From: Fistulifera solaris
Taxonomy: Eukaryota
Assembly: GCA_030295235.1 (NCBI GenBank)
Contig: AP026162.1
Location: forward strand, 1,302,001-1,366,000
Reading direction: 5' to 3'
Length of the DNA: 64,000 nucleotides
The position numbers were made by a program, and so were the translations under genes. Positions within the stretch are counted from its first letter, which is position 1. Every line of letters starts with the position of its first letter. The notes beneath the pieces were generated by a model. That model saw only the letters and a list, made by a program, of their open reading frames with translations. It was not told the DNA's origin and made no database searches. Positions 35,849 to 47,243 of the stretch are shown here, piece by piece.

Positions 35849-36408
35849 TATGAATTGTTCAAGGGGCCAGGCATGTGCGATGTGAGAGAAAGAAATACCG
35901 CTTGTACGGGTAGTTTTGCGTCCACTTTTTTCGTCGGCCGCGCATCGGCCTTCGGTCACTGCGGTCATTGGACAAGCCGATAAGGACAAAAAACAGTAGT
36001 GAAGGTCATTATTTTTTAGTTGGGGAAAAAGCAGTATAGATCGATAAGTAGAGTAGTCGTTGTCTTTATCGTACGTATTTGTCCGATGTATGTGGATCGA
36101 GGTTTTGATTTTTGTGATGGATGATGGATTTGTTGCTTGTTGGAATGAAAGAAAATAAACCTTTCTTCAACAAATCACCTTTAGCAGGTCACGTTTAATG
36201 CTTAGATATGAAACGGAAAGAGTGATGTGCATTGGCAAAGGTTGAACGAAATTTGTGGCGAACTGTTGGCCACGGCTTGAACTTTAGAGCCCGCTGATTT
36301 CTACCTAGTTAACTTTTAAATACAATAACACAACTCTCGCTGGCATGCGTCTCTCTTCAGAAAAAAATTATAAAAGAATATGCTATGAAGGGAATGAAGA
36401 TCTAGATC

Positions 36409-36960
36409 TCATACTGGATCGGGAGCTTTATTCGAAACTTGTGAAACGTACATGTTGTACGTCGTAAATCTCTTTCCTGTGACCCAAATGAAAGCAGTCC
36501 CATCTCCTCTGGGGCTGGTATTGAAAGAACAAAAAATCGTGCCTGTAAATGCTGATCCTTCAATCTTTTCGGCCCGGCACTTTGAATCCGTATTGATGCT
36601 TCCCCGGAGACGAGGGTTGAATCGACTTTCCAGATTGACTTCCAAAAATGCATTTGCGCCAAACTTGTCTTCTTGATACACCACGCCTACTATCAATTCA
36701 CTGACATCTTTTGTAAATTTGACCTTATAGCCTTTTGTTTCTCCTGGTCGGATTTTGGCTTCTTGAAAAAACACTTCTTTGTCGTACGTAACGACGCCCA
36801 AATCAGCAAATCGGAAGGTAAGTAGGCCGCCGAGAAATCCGTTCAATAGTCCTTTACGGCCATCGTCGAAATAAGTAACAGCTGATTCAATCTCTTCTTG
36901 AGCCCACCATACTGCTGCCACGAACAGTAGCAGAACAAAAACGAAATTTGATCTGATCAT
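36409..36960 (-). CDS. Secreted beta-rich protein, paralogue 2
   Basis: Signal peptide; colinear similarity to 35312-35848. Confidence 0.75.
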   Translation of the reverse strand: MIRSNFVFVLLLFVAAVWWAQEEIESAVTYFDDGRKGLLNGFLGGLLTFRFADLGVVTYDKEVFFQEAKIRPGETKGYKVKFTKDVSELIVGVVYQEDKFGANAFLEVNLESRFNPRLRGSINTDSKCRAEKIEGSAFTGTIFCSFNTSPRGDGTAFIWVTGKRFTTYNMYVSQVSNKAPDPV

Positions 36961-37238
36961 TGTTAATTGTTGCGAGTCGACGAAAATATTCCGATTTGTG
37001 GTGAGAGGTGAAGCAGGAACGAATGCTGTGGAGCGGTCATTTTAATTGGTCATTTTCACGCCCCGCCCAACGAAAATTACTCCGTTCGAATAACAGTGTA
37101 TTGCGTGTGTATCACTGAGGAGTGTACCTTCAGAAATGGTTCCTTAACCTTTGCGTATCAAGCATTTACTCTAGTTCGTTGAAAAAAAATGAACGAGGGC
37201 GACGACGATGGAGACCATCCACTTCGTCATCTTTCAAC

Positions 37239-38906
37239 ATGACACACACTCGTCATGGCTTTGACGTAATGCTTAAGTCTGTTAAATCGTACTCTGCACC
37301 AGTCGATTGGCGCGAAAAGCGTGAACGACAGAAAGAAATCAACAAGATTCGTAACCGCCTTCATTCCATCGAATACGATGTGGAGCACTTCTTAAAACCT
37401 TGTTTGAAATATGTCAAAGCGAAATCTCCTGTGATGAAATCTTGGCCGCTATTGGCGAATCAACGATGTGGGGCGTGGTACACCGGCTCTTTGACGAAGA
37501 GTAGCTGCTATTTTAAAAGCGTCGATGGCCACGTCGGAACGTGGAATTTTAGCCTGAAACGCCTCAATCTCGAAGTTTTTCGATCGGCACGAAAAGCAGG
37601 TGACTGCTGGATTGTCGATGCGTCTCGCTCTAAGGAAATGCCGGACAGCTTCTCGAGAACGATCCCCATATGGTCTGCTGTTCTGAACCGGATTATTCTA
37701 AAATATCGACAAGCTGCAGGTTACCAAGAAATCAGTGATTGGGATCGATCGCTGTATACTCCAAAGATGATATCACACGAGGAGCGCAACGCAATCATCG
37801 CTTTGCTAGATGATCGAGTAGAAGAACTGTTCACCAGCGGCGTTATATTGCAGCCGCACGAACTGATGCAATTGCACAAACCCTTGCGACCCGTCTATAT
37901 TACTGAGGAAACATTTAACAATCGCGACGAGATGCAACATCTCGATGAACTTGCCAACAACTACTGCCTTATTGTTTGTGTCACTAGTGGATTTCGGTCG
38001 CACCTTCCAAAAGACGTAGCATTTACGTACTCATCGGGTGCTGGCGATGATGATGAGTCGTGGTCGAGAGGATTGACACCCGACATCTTCTGGAAGAAGA
38101 AGAGCGCTATTTTGAAACTTTCAACCAACGATCAAGTTGAAGCACTTGTTGATCACCTTGTGCTTGTAGCCAAGGATGAAGATACTAGTGACGGATGCAG
38201 TTTCCATGCGATTGGCGAGAGCGGAATTTGTATTGGCACTCGAAGAGCTGGGAAACCTCCCGAGTGTTGGAAATGCTTTGATGCTATTCTAAACGTTTCC
38301 ATGCTTGAGTATGAGGAAATGGATTCGGAAACTCCGTTACCCGAGTCGCGTTATTATTTACAACTACCGGTTGAAGAAGGAAAACGCGATAAAACGGAAC
38401 TCGAGCGCTGGCTGGCAGTGGGAATCACATTCATTTGCTTTCACCTTGTTCAGGGTCGAAGAGTCCTTGTACATTGCGCACAAGGACGCGATCGGTCAGT
38501 GGCTGTCGTATTGGCAACTCTGGTGCTGTTTTGTAGCGGTGATTTGACTACGCTGAGATCGAAGCTAGAGAGATATGGTGTCTTAGAGTTCGTGTCTAGG
38601 TGGTCGCAGCAAAGAAACTTGAGCAATACAGATGGTCTCTTTTACAAAGAGTCTGGTCTGACAAAAACTTGCGTCGACTCCCTGATGGGACGCGCGGGTC
38701 GAGACAAGCTTCTAGACTGGTGCAAAGAATCGTTTGGCCCATCTACATCACTTGCAACAAAATCGACGATCCGTATCGCGTTGCAGATGATCCAGGCGCA
38801 TCGGCCGATGGCATCACCAAGTCGCAACACGTTGCAAAAACTAAATAGATTTTTCATGAGTGACCGGACGATGTATGACTCTAGTGCTAAACTTTTTCCA
38901 GAATAA
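37239..38906 (+). CDS. RIT1: Initiator tRNA phosphoribosyl transferase with C-terminal DUSP-like domain
   Basis: RNRLHSI, ANQRCGAWY, YFKSVDGH, FSLKRLNL, MPDSFSRTIPIW, GAGDDDESWSRGLTP, VHCAQGRDRS. Confidence 0.9.
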   Translation: MTHTRHGFDVMLKSVKSYSAPVDWREKRERQKEINKIRNRLHSIEYDVEHFLKPCLKYVKAKSPVMKSWPLLANQRCGAWYTGSLTKSSCYFKSVDGHVGTWNFSLKRLNLEVFRSARKAGDCWIVDASRSKEMPDSFSRTIPIWSAVLNRIILKYRQAAGYQEISDWDRSLYTPKMISHEERNAIIALLDDRVEELFTSGVILQPHELMQLHKPLRPVYITEETFNNRDEMQHLDELANNYCLIVCVTSGFRSHLPKDVAFTYSSGAGDDDESWSRGLTPDIFWKKKSAILKLSTNDQVEALVDHLVLVAKDEDTSDGCSFHAIGESGICIGTRRAGKPPECWKCFDAILNVSMLEYEEMDSETPLPESRYYLQLPVEEGKRDKTELERWLAVGITFICFHLVQGRRVLVHCAQGRDRSVAVVLATLVLFCSGDLTTLRSKLERYGVLEFVSRWSQQRNLSNTDGLFYKESGLTKTCVDSLMGRAGRDKLLDWCKESFGPSTSLATKSTIRIALQMIQAHRPMASPSRNTLQKLNRFFMSDRTMYDSSAKLFPE

Positions 38907-39018
38907 ACACAAAACAATATGCTATGTTTAATGTAGCAGAACTAGTTCGACTTAAGCCTACGCGCGAATACATGCAGTCGTATTGACACGGCGGGAATCG
39001 ATCAAGAGTAAAGGGTGT

Positions 39019-39733
39019 TTAGTTGGCGCCAAGGATATCCATGATTGGAACAGATCCGGGAAGGGCCTTCATGGAGAAGAGGGAAGCCATGGCGATCATG
39101 GCAGCTCGTCCGTTCCTGAGAAAGAAAAGGTATATTTGAGAATCAAGATCCAAATAAGCTCGAAAGTGCCCAGTTTTTCTTCAAAACTACTTACTTCATC
39201 TCAACATCCTTGTAGCGAGCCATCTTTTCTGGCGACATCTTGTTCTTGAGGCCCAAATAGTCAAAGTTGAGGTTACCCTGATCGGCCTTGGTCGACTTTC
39301 CTCGGAAGTTATCGCCAGTGTGTCCGACGCTCTCTCCTTCGGCGATGGAGATGAAAGCCAAAATCATTCCGAACCAGATGGGTTGTTCCGTGGCGAAAAC
39401 TCCGAGGGCTTTCGTCCAGTCGCTCTCTTCCGGAAATCCAGGAAAGTGTAATCCGAGTCCCAAGCCGTCCGTGCTGGTGGCCCAAACACCCGTCCACGCC
39501 AGCATAGCTTGACGTCCGTGCTTGATTTCAGCGGCTTCCAAGAACTGTTTTTCAGGGAACATGTTGGGGAAAGTATCGAAAGCCTTTCCGGAACCCAACT
39601 CGTACAAACCCATAGGGTCCCAGATTTCAGCTTTCGCCTGAAGGGCAGAAGACTTTGCCACCGACGAAGCCGGGGCAAAGGCGGCGGCACTGGCGACCAG
39701 AGAGGAAATCACAGCAAGCGAGAATTTCGACAT
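39019..39733 (-). CDS. Light-harvesting complex (FCP/LHC family) protein; intron 39116-39194
   Basis: Bipartite signal ASAAAFAP; WDPMG; EIKHGRQAMLA; spliced EMK|NGRAAMIA; stop at 39019-39021. Confidence 0.93.
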
Positions 39734-40818
39734 GGTTATAGTCAAGGAAGAATCAATAAGCAATGCTTGATAGTAGTGTCTTTCGAATGCAGAAGCAACA
39801 CAGCCAATCCTTTTCTCGTTGCGCAACACGGAAATTAAACGTGACGTTGGAAGATCGCAAGGATCGCCTTCAACTTTCATTGATGGGAACCGGTGGGACC
39901 CTTGTTATTTAGAGGCAGTGACATTCGGCTTGTGGATATTTAACCCGAACTCTCATCAACTGGTGGAACATTATTTGAGCATTATTTGCGACGCTATAGC
40001 TATTCGCTTTGCGTACCTTAATGACTAATGATTAGACGAATGACGGATCATCGCATTTCAAATGTAAACATTCATAGGGATGAGCATTCAAGGCTTCCAG
40101 ACGATGGCTAAATCGGGATCAAAGCGAGCTGGAACGTCGTCGCTGAAGTTTCAGTCGAACTAGCAAGGCGGCCAGGGGGTTGATGTAGTTAAATGAAGCC
40201 AGGAAACTATGAACTTCGAGCTCTCTAGCTAGACACTAAACACTAAACACAGATGATTAGATACGTGACCTCGCACCCTCGACCCTCGCATGTGTCCCGA
40301 ATTTGTCTTTATTGTTTTCAAAACTAAGATAAGAACGGTTACCTCTTTTGTTACGAATAGTCAGTCATTAAACTTTAACGCTAACAATATGGACATTCTG
40401 ACAACGGGCAACCCTACGACCACAGACTAGCGGGACTTTCATTCTTCGCATTTTCGATAAAGAATACGACGGTTTTATGATAGAAAACTCGTGAATCGTG
40501 CTGCTCGTGATTTTACTCGTAGCATGCTTGCCGTGAAACACACCTTAGCCGTGGTCCGCGGTCTCCTCGATTCTGCTTTCGCTCTTTGGGTCTCTAGAGG
40601 TTCATCGGCCTGTTCACCGTGTTTCTCACTTCTCCTTTATCGACTCATTGTTCCTCGACGTTCATCATTGTGGTTGTCACTGATCGTCTTGCCGTCAGTA
40701 CAGAACTCAATAGAAGCGACTAGATTCGACATAGGAGATGAAAGATGTATTGCTGTATTGCTACGGTCGCTTTAAAACGAATTTCAATGTGGGAGTCAAA
40801 ATTTGAAGTATGGGACGA

Positions 40819-41125
40819 GGCTTCTGGCTTCTGGCTTCTGTGATAATCTAATCTTGAAAGTGAACTATGTGTTCTGTTTTTCTACCTCTAGACTCTCACT
40901 CTAGACTCTAGCTTCTAGCTTCTCTGGCTAGAGTCAAGAGACTCCTCTCTAGAGAGCTGGAAGCCGAGGGCTAAAGCTTTCGGCTTCTATAGAGCTTGTG
41001 CTCTGCGACCGCATTCTGCATTCTGCATCCTGACTCCTGACTCCTGCCTACTCCGTAACTCCTAACTAACTAACTGCTGCTGACTGCTGACTGCTGACTG
41101 CTGACTGCAGACTGCAGACTGCATC
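40819..41125. repeat. Cluster of short tandem heptamer repeats
   Basis: ggcttct x3, gcattct x2, gactcct x2, gctgact x4, gcagact x2; also ttcatcg x4 at ~41474-41501. Confidence 0.85.
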
Positions 41126-41549
41126 TGGAGAATGGAGATGATTGGAGCTCGTCAGTCATCAGCTCGTCGCTCTGGATGTGGGCTTGATTGGGCCAGTCCC
41201 TAACGTAGTAAACGAAATTCCCATAAATCCAGCTGGAAAAGTACTATGGTTTTGCAAGTTCGTAATAGCATCATTGATTCTTGGTTCTTGGTCCTTTGTA
41301 CATTGGCCCTTGATCTTGGAACTTGATCTCAAAGGCCCAGACATTATACAGCATAAAGAGTCAGGATTCATTACTTATGTACTTAAATATAATGACCAGT
41401 GAAAAGTGACTGGGCGGTATAAGTAACCAGTAAAAAACTGCTCCGTGTACCCTACTTCGTACTCGTAATTTTGTTCATCGTTCATCGTTCATCGTTCATC
41501 GTCCATCGCCCATCGCAAGTCGCAAGCTTTTGTCTCTCAAAGATTCAAG

Positions 41550-43610
41550 ATGAACAACTCCTCGTCTATGTCAATGGCATCAAAAGCTCTCTATTCTCCT
41601 GACATGACGACCATGGAATCGCAGTCTGTGTCTTCGGGCCGAAAGCTGATCGACTATACGAAGAACAGGGCTAGGTTTGTTGGGGAGAGAAGAAGAAAAA
41701 GGAGTTCGATGTGCTCCGATTTTCAGACGACAATCGACAGAGCGGTTACAAGAGCAAGTGAAGAAGATCAAGAAGCAACTTCGATTTCTACAGCAGGCTC
41801 TACAGACCTCATTGTGTTTTACGTACCACGTCAATACAGACGGCGAATAGATGAGGACCTCAAATCTCTAGCTGACGAAGATGAAGAGGATTGTGACTCG
41901 CATGCAGACGAGTTGGAAGGAGATGTTGTGTCGCAAGTGTCCGAGTCAGAAACTCCCTCTGAAGGCGCTCACTTTGGGTATTTACCTGGTGCAATTAGAC
42001 ACGTTGCTGATCCATTAAATTCTCCTCGTCCTACACGGGCCGCTTCGAAGAAAATTGTCGAAGAGGATGATGAGAGCATTCGAAGCCTTGATAGCATGAC
42101 TGATAAGGATCAGTCTTCCGTTTGTCACAGCAGCTTTAGCGAGTGCTCCACCCATGCGACAAGCGCGCCAAGTCAAGATAGTTCAGTCAGGAGCTTCAGT
42201 TGCAGAAGTGTTCGAAGTTATGAGAGCTTGCAGCTGGGGCTGCTGAGTCACGAACTTCTGAAACAGAGAGGCGTAGTTAGAGACAACAGTCAGAGTAGCA
42301 TACTTTCGAGCTCCTTTCATAATCAAGAGGAGAAAAGTGTGAGAAGTGCGTGCAGCCGCAGTGCTACAGGTCGAAGTTTGGATAGTATCGCGTCAAGTCT
42401 TCTGAGAACCCCGAACAGTCATAATCGGGGGAAAACCCACGTAAACCGGACATTGAGTGGAGGTTATCATATCAGATCGAATCATGTTCACACGCCGTCA
42501 AGCGTTAAGAAATCAAAGTATCTGCTCGCATTTACGTCAAGTGATAGCGATCGAGAAGCGTCACAGAGATCAGCGCGGTCCACTGGCGGTAGCAAGTCGG
42601 GACGAAGAGAAGAAAGAACCATCTCCCTCAAGGATTTCTTCAGGAAAGAAGAAGTCAGACGCATCAACCCAGACATTTCCAAGCAGACGATGAAAGGCTT
42701 TACTCAAAAGCTTAGTCCACAGAAGAAGACGTTTTCTAGTGAAATGACGCCTCGCAGAACACGTGTCAATTCGGATGCGAGTGCGCCAGAGACCCCTGTA
42801 ACTGCCAGCATGACCAGTCAGACAATGTCCACTCCAAGTACTAGAGGCGGATTGTTGCGCACTTTCAGTTTTAGTGACAAAGGCAACACGATCATTGCAG
42901 AGTTGAACCAGACTTTGAAGCAAGGGTTATTGAGCGACCTCGAAGACGATGATGATTGCATAGATGATGCCAGTGTTGCGAATTCTGAAGCACTGGCATC
43001 ACTTATGGATGGTTTGCGGTCAACGTCTATGTCAAGCAGGTCGTTAGATGTATCCAGTGCACATAGCGTTAGTGACTTGTCGAGCCGTTTGGGTGCTGCT
43101 TCAATGGCACATAGCGCGAACGAAAAGCCTTTGCTCTACAGATCTCATTCGGATTCGGACTTTGATTCAGATTCGTTTGAAAGCGATATTGATAGCATGG
43201 AGCAGATAATGAAGGCTCTCAAGAGTAGGTCTGGGGAGGTTTTACAAGCGCCAACAGAAAGTCTACTTCAGACGACAAAGACGACAACGAGTGTCGAAAA
43301 GAAATCGACATTTGAAGATGAAACAAACCTTTTCGAGCAAAGTCGCCGTAGCGTCGGAAATCAAGAAGCGACACTTGTGGACGCGATGTTGGAGCGCCAG
43401 GTGGGTGCTGGTTACATAAGTGGAAAAGAATCGTTCAGGCTCCAAGATGGCCCCAACCCCCTTCAACCTCGTGAAACGAAAAAGTTGTCGATCAATAAGT
43501 CTACCCCTCCACACGCTGGTTTCCTTATCCAGCCATATGCATCGCCGTTGAGAAGGCTACCAAGAATCACTCTGCCCTTCGCTCCAATCGATTGCCGTTT
43601 AATTTCATAA
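41550..43610 (+). CDS. Ser/Asp-rich, probably disordered hypothetical protein
   Basis: 686-aa uninterrupted ATG ORF with no recognisable domain. Confidence 0.75.
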   Translation: MNNSSSMSMASKALYSPDMTTMESQSVSSGRKLIDYTKNRARFVGERRRKRSSMCSDFQTTIDRAVTRASEEDQEATSISTAGSTDLIVFYVPRQYRRRIDEDLKSLADEDEEDCDSHADELEGDVVSQVSESETPSEGAHFGYLPGAIRHVADPLNSPRPTRAASKKIVEEDDESIRSLDSMTDKDQSSVCHSSFSECSTHATSAPSQDSSVRSFSCRSVRSYESLQLGLLSHELLKQRGVVRDNSQSSILSSSFHNQEEKSVRSACSRSATGRSLDSIASSLLRTPNSHNRGKTHVNRTLSGGYHIRSNHVHTPSSVKKSKYLLAFTSSDSDREASQRSARSTGGSKSGRREERTISLKDFFRKEEVRRINPDISKQTMKGFTQKLSPQKKTFSSEMTPRRTRVNSDASAPETPVTASMTSQTMSTPSTRGGLLRTFSFSDKGNTIIAELNQTLKQGLLSDLEDDDDCIDDASVANSEALASLMDGLRSTSMSSRSLDVSSAHSVSDLSSRLGAASMAHSANEKPLLYRSHSDSDFDSDSFESDIDSMEQIMKALKSRSGEVLQAPTESLLQTTKTTTSVEKKSTFEDETNLFEQSRRSVGNQEATLVDAMLERQVGAGYISGKESFRLQDGPNPLQPRETKKLSINKSTPPHAGFLIQPYASPLRRLPRITLPFAPIDCRLIS

Positions 43611-43920
43611 ACAATAGATTCATGATTCATAGTATGAAGCTTTTGAAATACTACGTTGCAACGACGCCCCACTTAGTCCTTTCGTTATTCTCGAGTAACC
43701 ATACATGCTAATACGGATGCGATACTGGTATCTGGTATCGTCCTAATTGGATGTCATGACTGAGATGCAGTCTTCGTTTCTGACGACGAACGACGACGGA
43801 CGCAAGGTGGACGAGTTTTTCTTTGCAAAGATTTTGTTGAGTTGCTAACAATATCGGTTAGACTTAATGGTGCCTTTGTACTCAGTCTCCCTTAGAATTA
43901 TAATTTGAAAGAAATTATCG

Positions 43921-44727
43921 ATGGAAAGCGCGCCACCGCCTGGCTGGTTCAGTCGGCTTCGATCGGAAGGACAGTCGTCTTCTGTCGATGCAGAGAATAC
44001 TGCGTCGAGTTGTTCTTTACCGCGTTTCCCTTTCTTGGAATTAACGGAGGAGCTTCAGCATCATGTACTGTCGTTCATAGCGGATGCTCCTTTTGAGTCT
44101 CTTGGTAACGACGACGCGAGTGCAACTCTGACCGACGTTCTGCCGCTTGTTTCAAAGCACTTTCAGAAAATCAGCAGAAGCAATCTACTGTGGAAGGCTG
44201 CGTTTTACCGTGCAATTGAATCCGATAATGTGTGGAAGCGCGCGGCTAGGAGTCGTAGCTTACCCATTCCCTCTAGATCCGGTAACGACGATGTCGACTT
44301 TCGAAGTCTCTATCGACGTCTCTATCATGAAGAGATAGCTTTCACTGGACCTGTATTTATCATGGGAATGGAAGATGAAGATATTCCAGTGAGGTATAGC
44401 TTGTATCTGTTTGAACCTCGGTATCGCCTTATGGTAGAACGGTTGCTAAACATTCACGAAGAGTGGCAAAGAAAAGCAAATGCAAACGAAGATAGCGGAT
44501 CGTGCCCTCCTTTGCACTTTCTTCATGCACACCGCGGTCTCGGGCGTCAAGGCGGTCAGCCTTGTGTTGCTCTACTCGTTGAGATCATTAGATGCATGGG
44601 CATGCCTACGGGTCATTATGATGTAACTCTTCAAGTCGACGCGATAGTTCGTCTCGAGCGCTTTTGGGTCGAACCGAATACGGGACATCTCTATCATGCA
44701 TATGGGCGGAAAATTCAATCCATGTAG
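43921..44727 (+). CDS. F-box-like plus LON N-terminal (substrate-binding) domain protein
   Basis: FLELTEELQHHVLSFI...LVSKHF...NLLWK (F-box-like); LYLFEPRYRLMV (LON_substr_bdg motif). Confidence 0.7.
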   Translation: MESAPPPGWFSRLRSEGQSSSVDAENTASSCSLPRFPFLELTEELQHHVLSFIADAPFESLGNDDASATLTDVLPLVSKHFQKISRSNLLWKAAFYRAIESDNVWKRAARSRSLPIPSRSGNDDVDFRSLYRRLYHEEIAFTGPVFIMGMEDEDIPVRYSLYLFEPRYRLMVERLLNIHEEWQRKANANEDSGSCPPLHFLHAHRGLGRQGGQPCVALLVEIIRCMGMPTGHYDVTLQVDAIVRLERFWVEPNTGHLYHAYGRKIQSM

Positions 44728-44979
44728 CCTTATTTCTTTGATGTTGTAGTGATTCAACACTTATAGCTCATAAACGACTTGCGAAGCAGAATACGGTGAG
44801 TATTAAAACACTTTTTGTAGAAAATGGTCTCCCTAAAATAGTTATAAGTACTGAATTTTTTGTATTTCGATCGCGATTGCTATCATTCAAAAACTCACTA
44901 CCGCGAAAACAAATTATTCTCGTCGGGTTAGCGAGATATTACTTCTCCGCGAACATCCCGGTGAAACGTGATCGGTCAT

Positions 44980-45325
44980 TTACCATTCAATCTTCTTGGG
45001 TAATTGAATGCTTTTCAAATTTTCGGTCACGTCTTTTCCAGCCGGGGTCGTCTGAGATTGAATCGATCCCGAGCGTGATCGGCCTCCAACCGGAGTTTCA
45101 TCGTCATTATTAGTCGAAGCCTGTCATCAAAGGAAACAGAAGTCAGAAAGAATTCCGGAGATTCACTGCAACAGTAGTCGTGTTTTCGCGATTACTCGGA
45201 ACAGTGCGCTTTCATCGCCGATCACTCACCTTCCACGCCATCGTCTCACGGGAGTCTTGCAGTAAAAGGCTGTCTTCTGCAGACAAACGTCCTGATGTAT
45301 CGAATTGGTATTGTCGCTTATCCAT
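44980..45325 (-). CDS. Putative 78-aa two-exon microprotein (absent from the ORF track); intron 45121-45229
   Basis: ATG in AACATC-ATG context; 96-nt exon 1; GTGAGT donor; CTGAC branch site; pyrimidine tract; CAG acceptor; exon 2 open to TAA at 44980. Confidence 0.55.
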
Positions 45326-45688
45326 GATGTTGTTAATTGACTTCAGTTTATGAAATTTTGGTTGTGTCTTTTTTGCCCTTTCGCGCAATCGCCGGAACAG
45401 CGAGCATTACGCTTGCGAACGAAGACGTCTCCGTCGCGGCGTCTAAAAACGCCGCATGTTCTCGTCCGACTCTAAGCCCTTTGAGTAGCTTCTAACGGTA
45501 AACGTTAAACTTCTGGTAGTCAAGTTCTTCGCAACGTAGGAATACGTGGCGGGTCGCTTACAATGCCGAAAAACAACAGTGCGACGTCGCCTGCGACACA
45601 CAATAAAACGGCAACAGTAACGAAAACTGCGAAAAAACAACGACCAAATGGATCATCCTAATCGAATAATGAACTTTCCCTGCATACC

Positions 45689-46786
45689 ATGCCTTCAAAT
45701 AGAGAGACAAAGTATGAGGCGTCCGATGAACGTATCATGGCAACAGCCGGAGACGCAGTGACTACGAAGTTTGCGACGGTTCAAGCTGGCTATTACGAAG
45801 ATCCATTCATTGCTGCATTTCACAACGCCTCGTCGATTCTCGCACGACGACGAAACAACCAAAGTAGGCCCATTCAAGTCATTATCAAGCGCGGCACTTT
45901 TGCACGTGTCTGCTGTATAGAGAAAACGATTGAGAAGTTTTTGGGTTTGATTGAGCCTTCGCAAATCGCCCAAGTAGTTGTCCTCGGGGCAGGAAAAGAT
46001 ACAAATTATTTTCGGTTGATACAAAGCAGGCTAGGATCAAATAGTCCATTTGTTCGCTGGGTTGAAGTCGATCATGCCACTATATTGCAGGAGAAACTGT
46101 CTGTCATTGACGACAACAGCGCGCTATTCAACGTAGAGAAACTTGGGAATGGGGACTACATTGAGCTTAAGCCAATTGATCCAAGTGCTCAAGACAGATC
46201 CAATTGCGTGATGATTGCTCATGATCTAAAGTCAGGTACTGACCTGTTAATGCAAAAATTGGTTAGGAGTGGTCTGCATCCGGAGGCCCCTACATTATTC
46301 ATCTCCGAGTGTGTGTTTATGTACATGCCCGACAACGAGACGCGACGTTTATTATCGGCACTAAGCGCTACATTTCAAAAATCATGTATATGTCAGTACG
46401 AACCAATAGTCGGAAATGGCGACTCGTTTGGCCAGATGATGGAGGAGAATCTGTCGAAAGCGGGGGTGGCTGGTGCGGACTCTGGGCTACTCAAGGTCCG
46501 ATCGAATCATGATCATGCCAATCGGCTCTACGAAACGGGCTTCACGATAGCTATTGCGTGTGACATGTATGCTGCTTATGAAGCGATTCTGACTGATGAA
46601 CAACGGCTCAGAGCAAATCGATCCGAATTTTTAGATGAGCTGGAGGAATTCGTGCTGATCATGAAGCACTACAGTTTTTCCCTGGGAAGCACCAGTGAAT
46701 CATCCATTGGACGACGACTATGTACGTTGGGAAAAGATTCGCATCTCGGTTTCGAAGCAAATCGGTCGATATCTAGACTGTCGTGA
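45689..46786 (+). CDS. LCMT1: Leucine carboxyl methyltransferase
   Basis: GYYEDPF, IIKRGTFARV, QVVVLGAGKDT, PTLFISECVFMYM, FGQMMEENL, EFLDELEEF..IMKHY. Confidence 0.9.
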   Translation: MPSNRETKYEASDERIMATAGDAVTTKFATVQAGYYEDPFIAAFHNASSILARRRNNQSRPIQVIIKRGTFARVCCIEKTIEKFLGLIEPSQIAQVVVLGAGKDTNYFRLIQSRLGSNSPFVRWVEVDHATILQEKLSVIDDNSALFNVEKLGNGDYIELKPIDPSAQDRSNCVMIAHDLKSGTDLLMQKLVRSGLHPEAPTLFISECVFMYMPDNETRRLLSALSATFQKSCICQYEPIVGNGDSFGQMMEENLSKAGVAGADSGLLKVRSNHDHANRLYETGFTIAIACDMYAAYEAILTDEQRLRANRSEFLDELEEFVLIMKHYSFSLGSTSESSIGRRLCTLGKDSHLGFEANRSISRLS

Positions 46787-47243
46787 GTTACCGGCAAACT
46801 GCAGTTGATAAGCCTCGGCGACCAATAGATAGCCCTTGTTGATTTACTATCTGACTCTTCTGCTCTGGTATCTTAACTTTCCGATTTTAAAACGGGACTT
46901 CCTTTTACTAATCTAGCTCAAGGTTTTCCTCGAGCCTAGAGTACTTATGGGGGTGATGGGATCTCGGTTTCAAAACGTCATTTATTTTCCAAAAAATAAT
47001 GTAAATATAAACGTGAATCAACCTTGGAATCAACATCTCATCACGGGACTGGATTTGACCCTTTCCTCGTCTTCGAAGATGTTCGTTATTGTTCTTCCGT
47101 CAGTCGTGCTTGTCGCAGCGTGTCAACTCTCGCATTCGTGTTTTCGTGCTTCGCTTTCGTATTTGCCATTGACTCGTTGGCATAAACTGAATACAAGGAA
47201 AACAGCTACCAGTGAAACAAAACAACCAATTCTGTTCTTAAGC

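Noticed and set aside
46898..46915. U5 snRNA loop-like CCTTTTACTA
   Set aside because: It lacks the invariant GCCTTTTAC context, a flanking stem and an Sm site.
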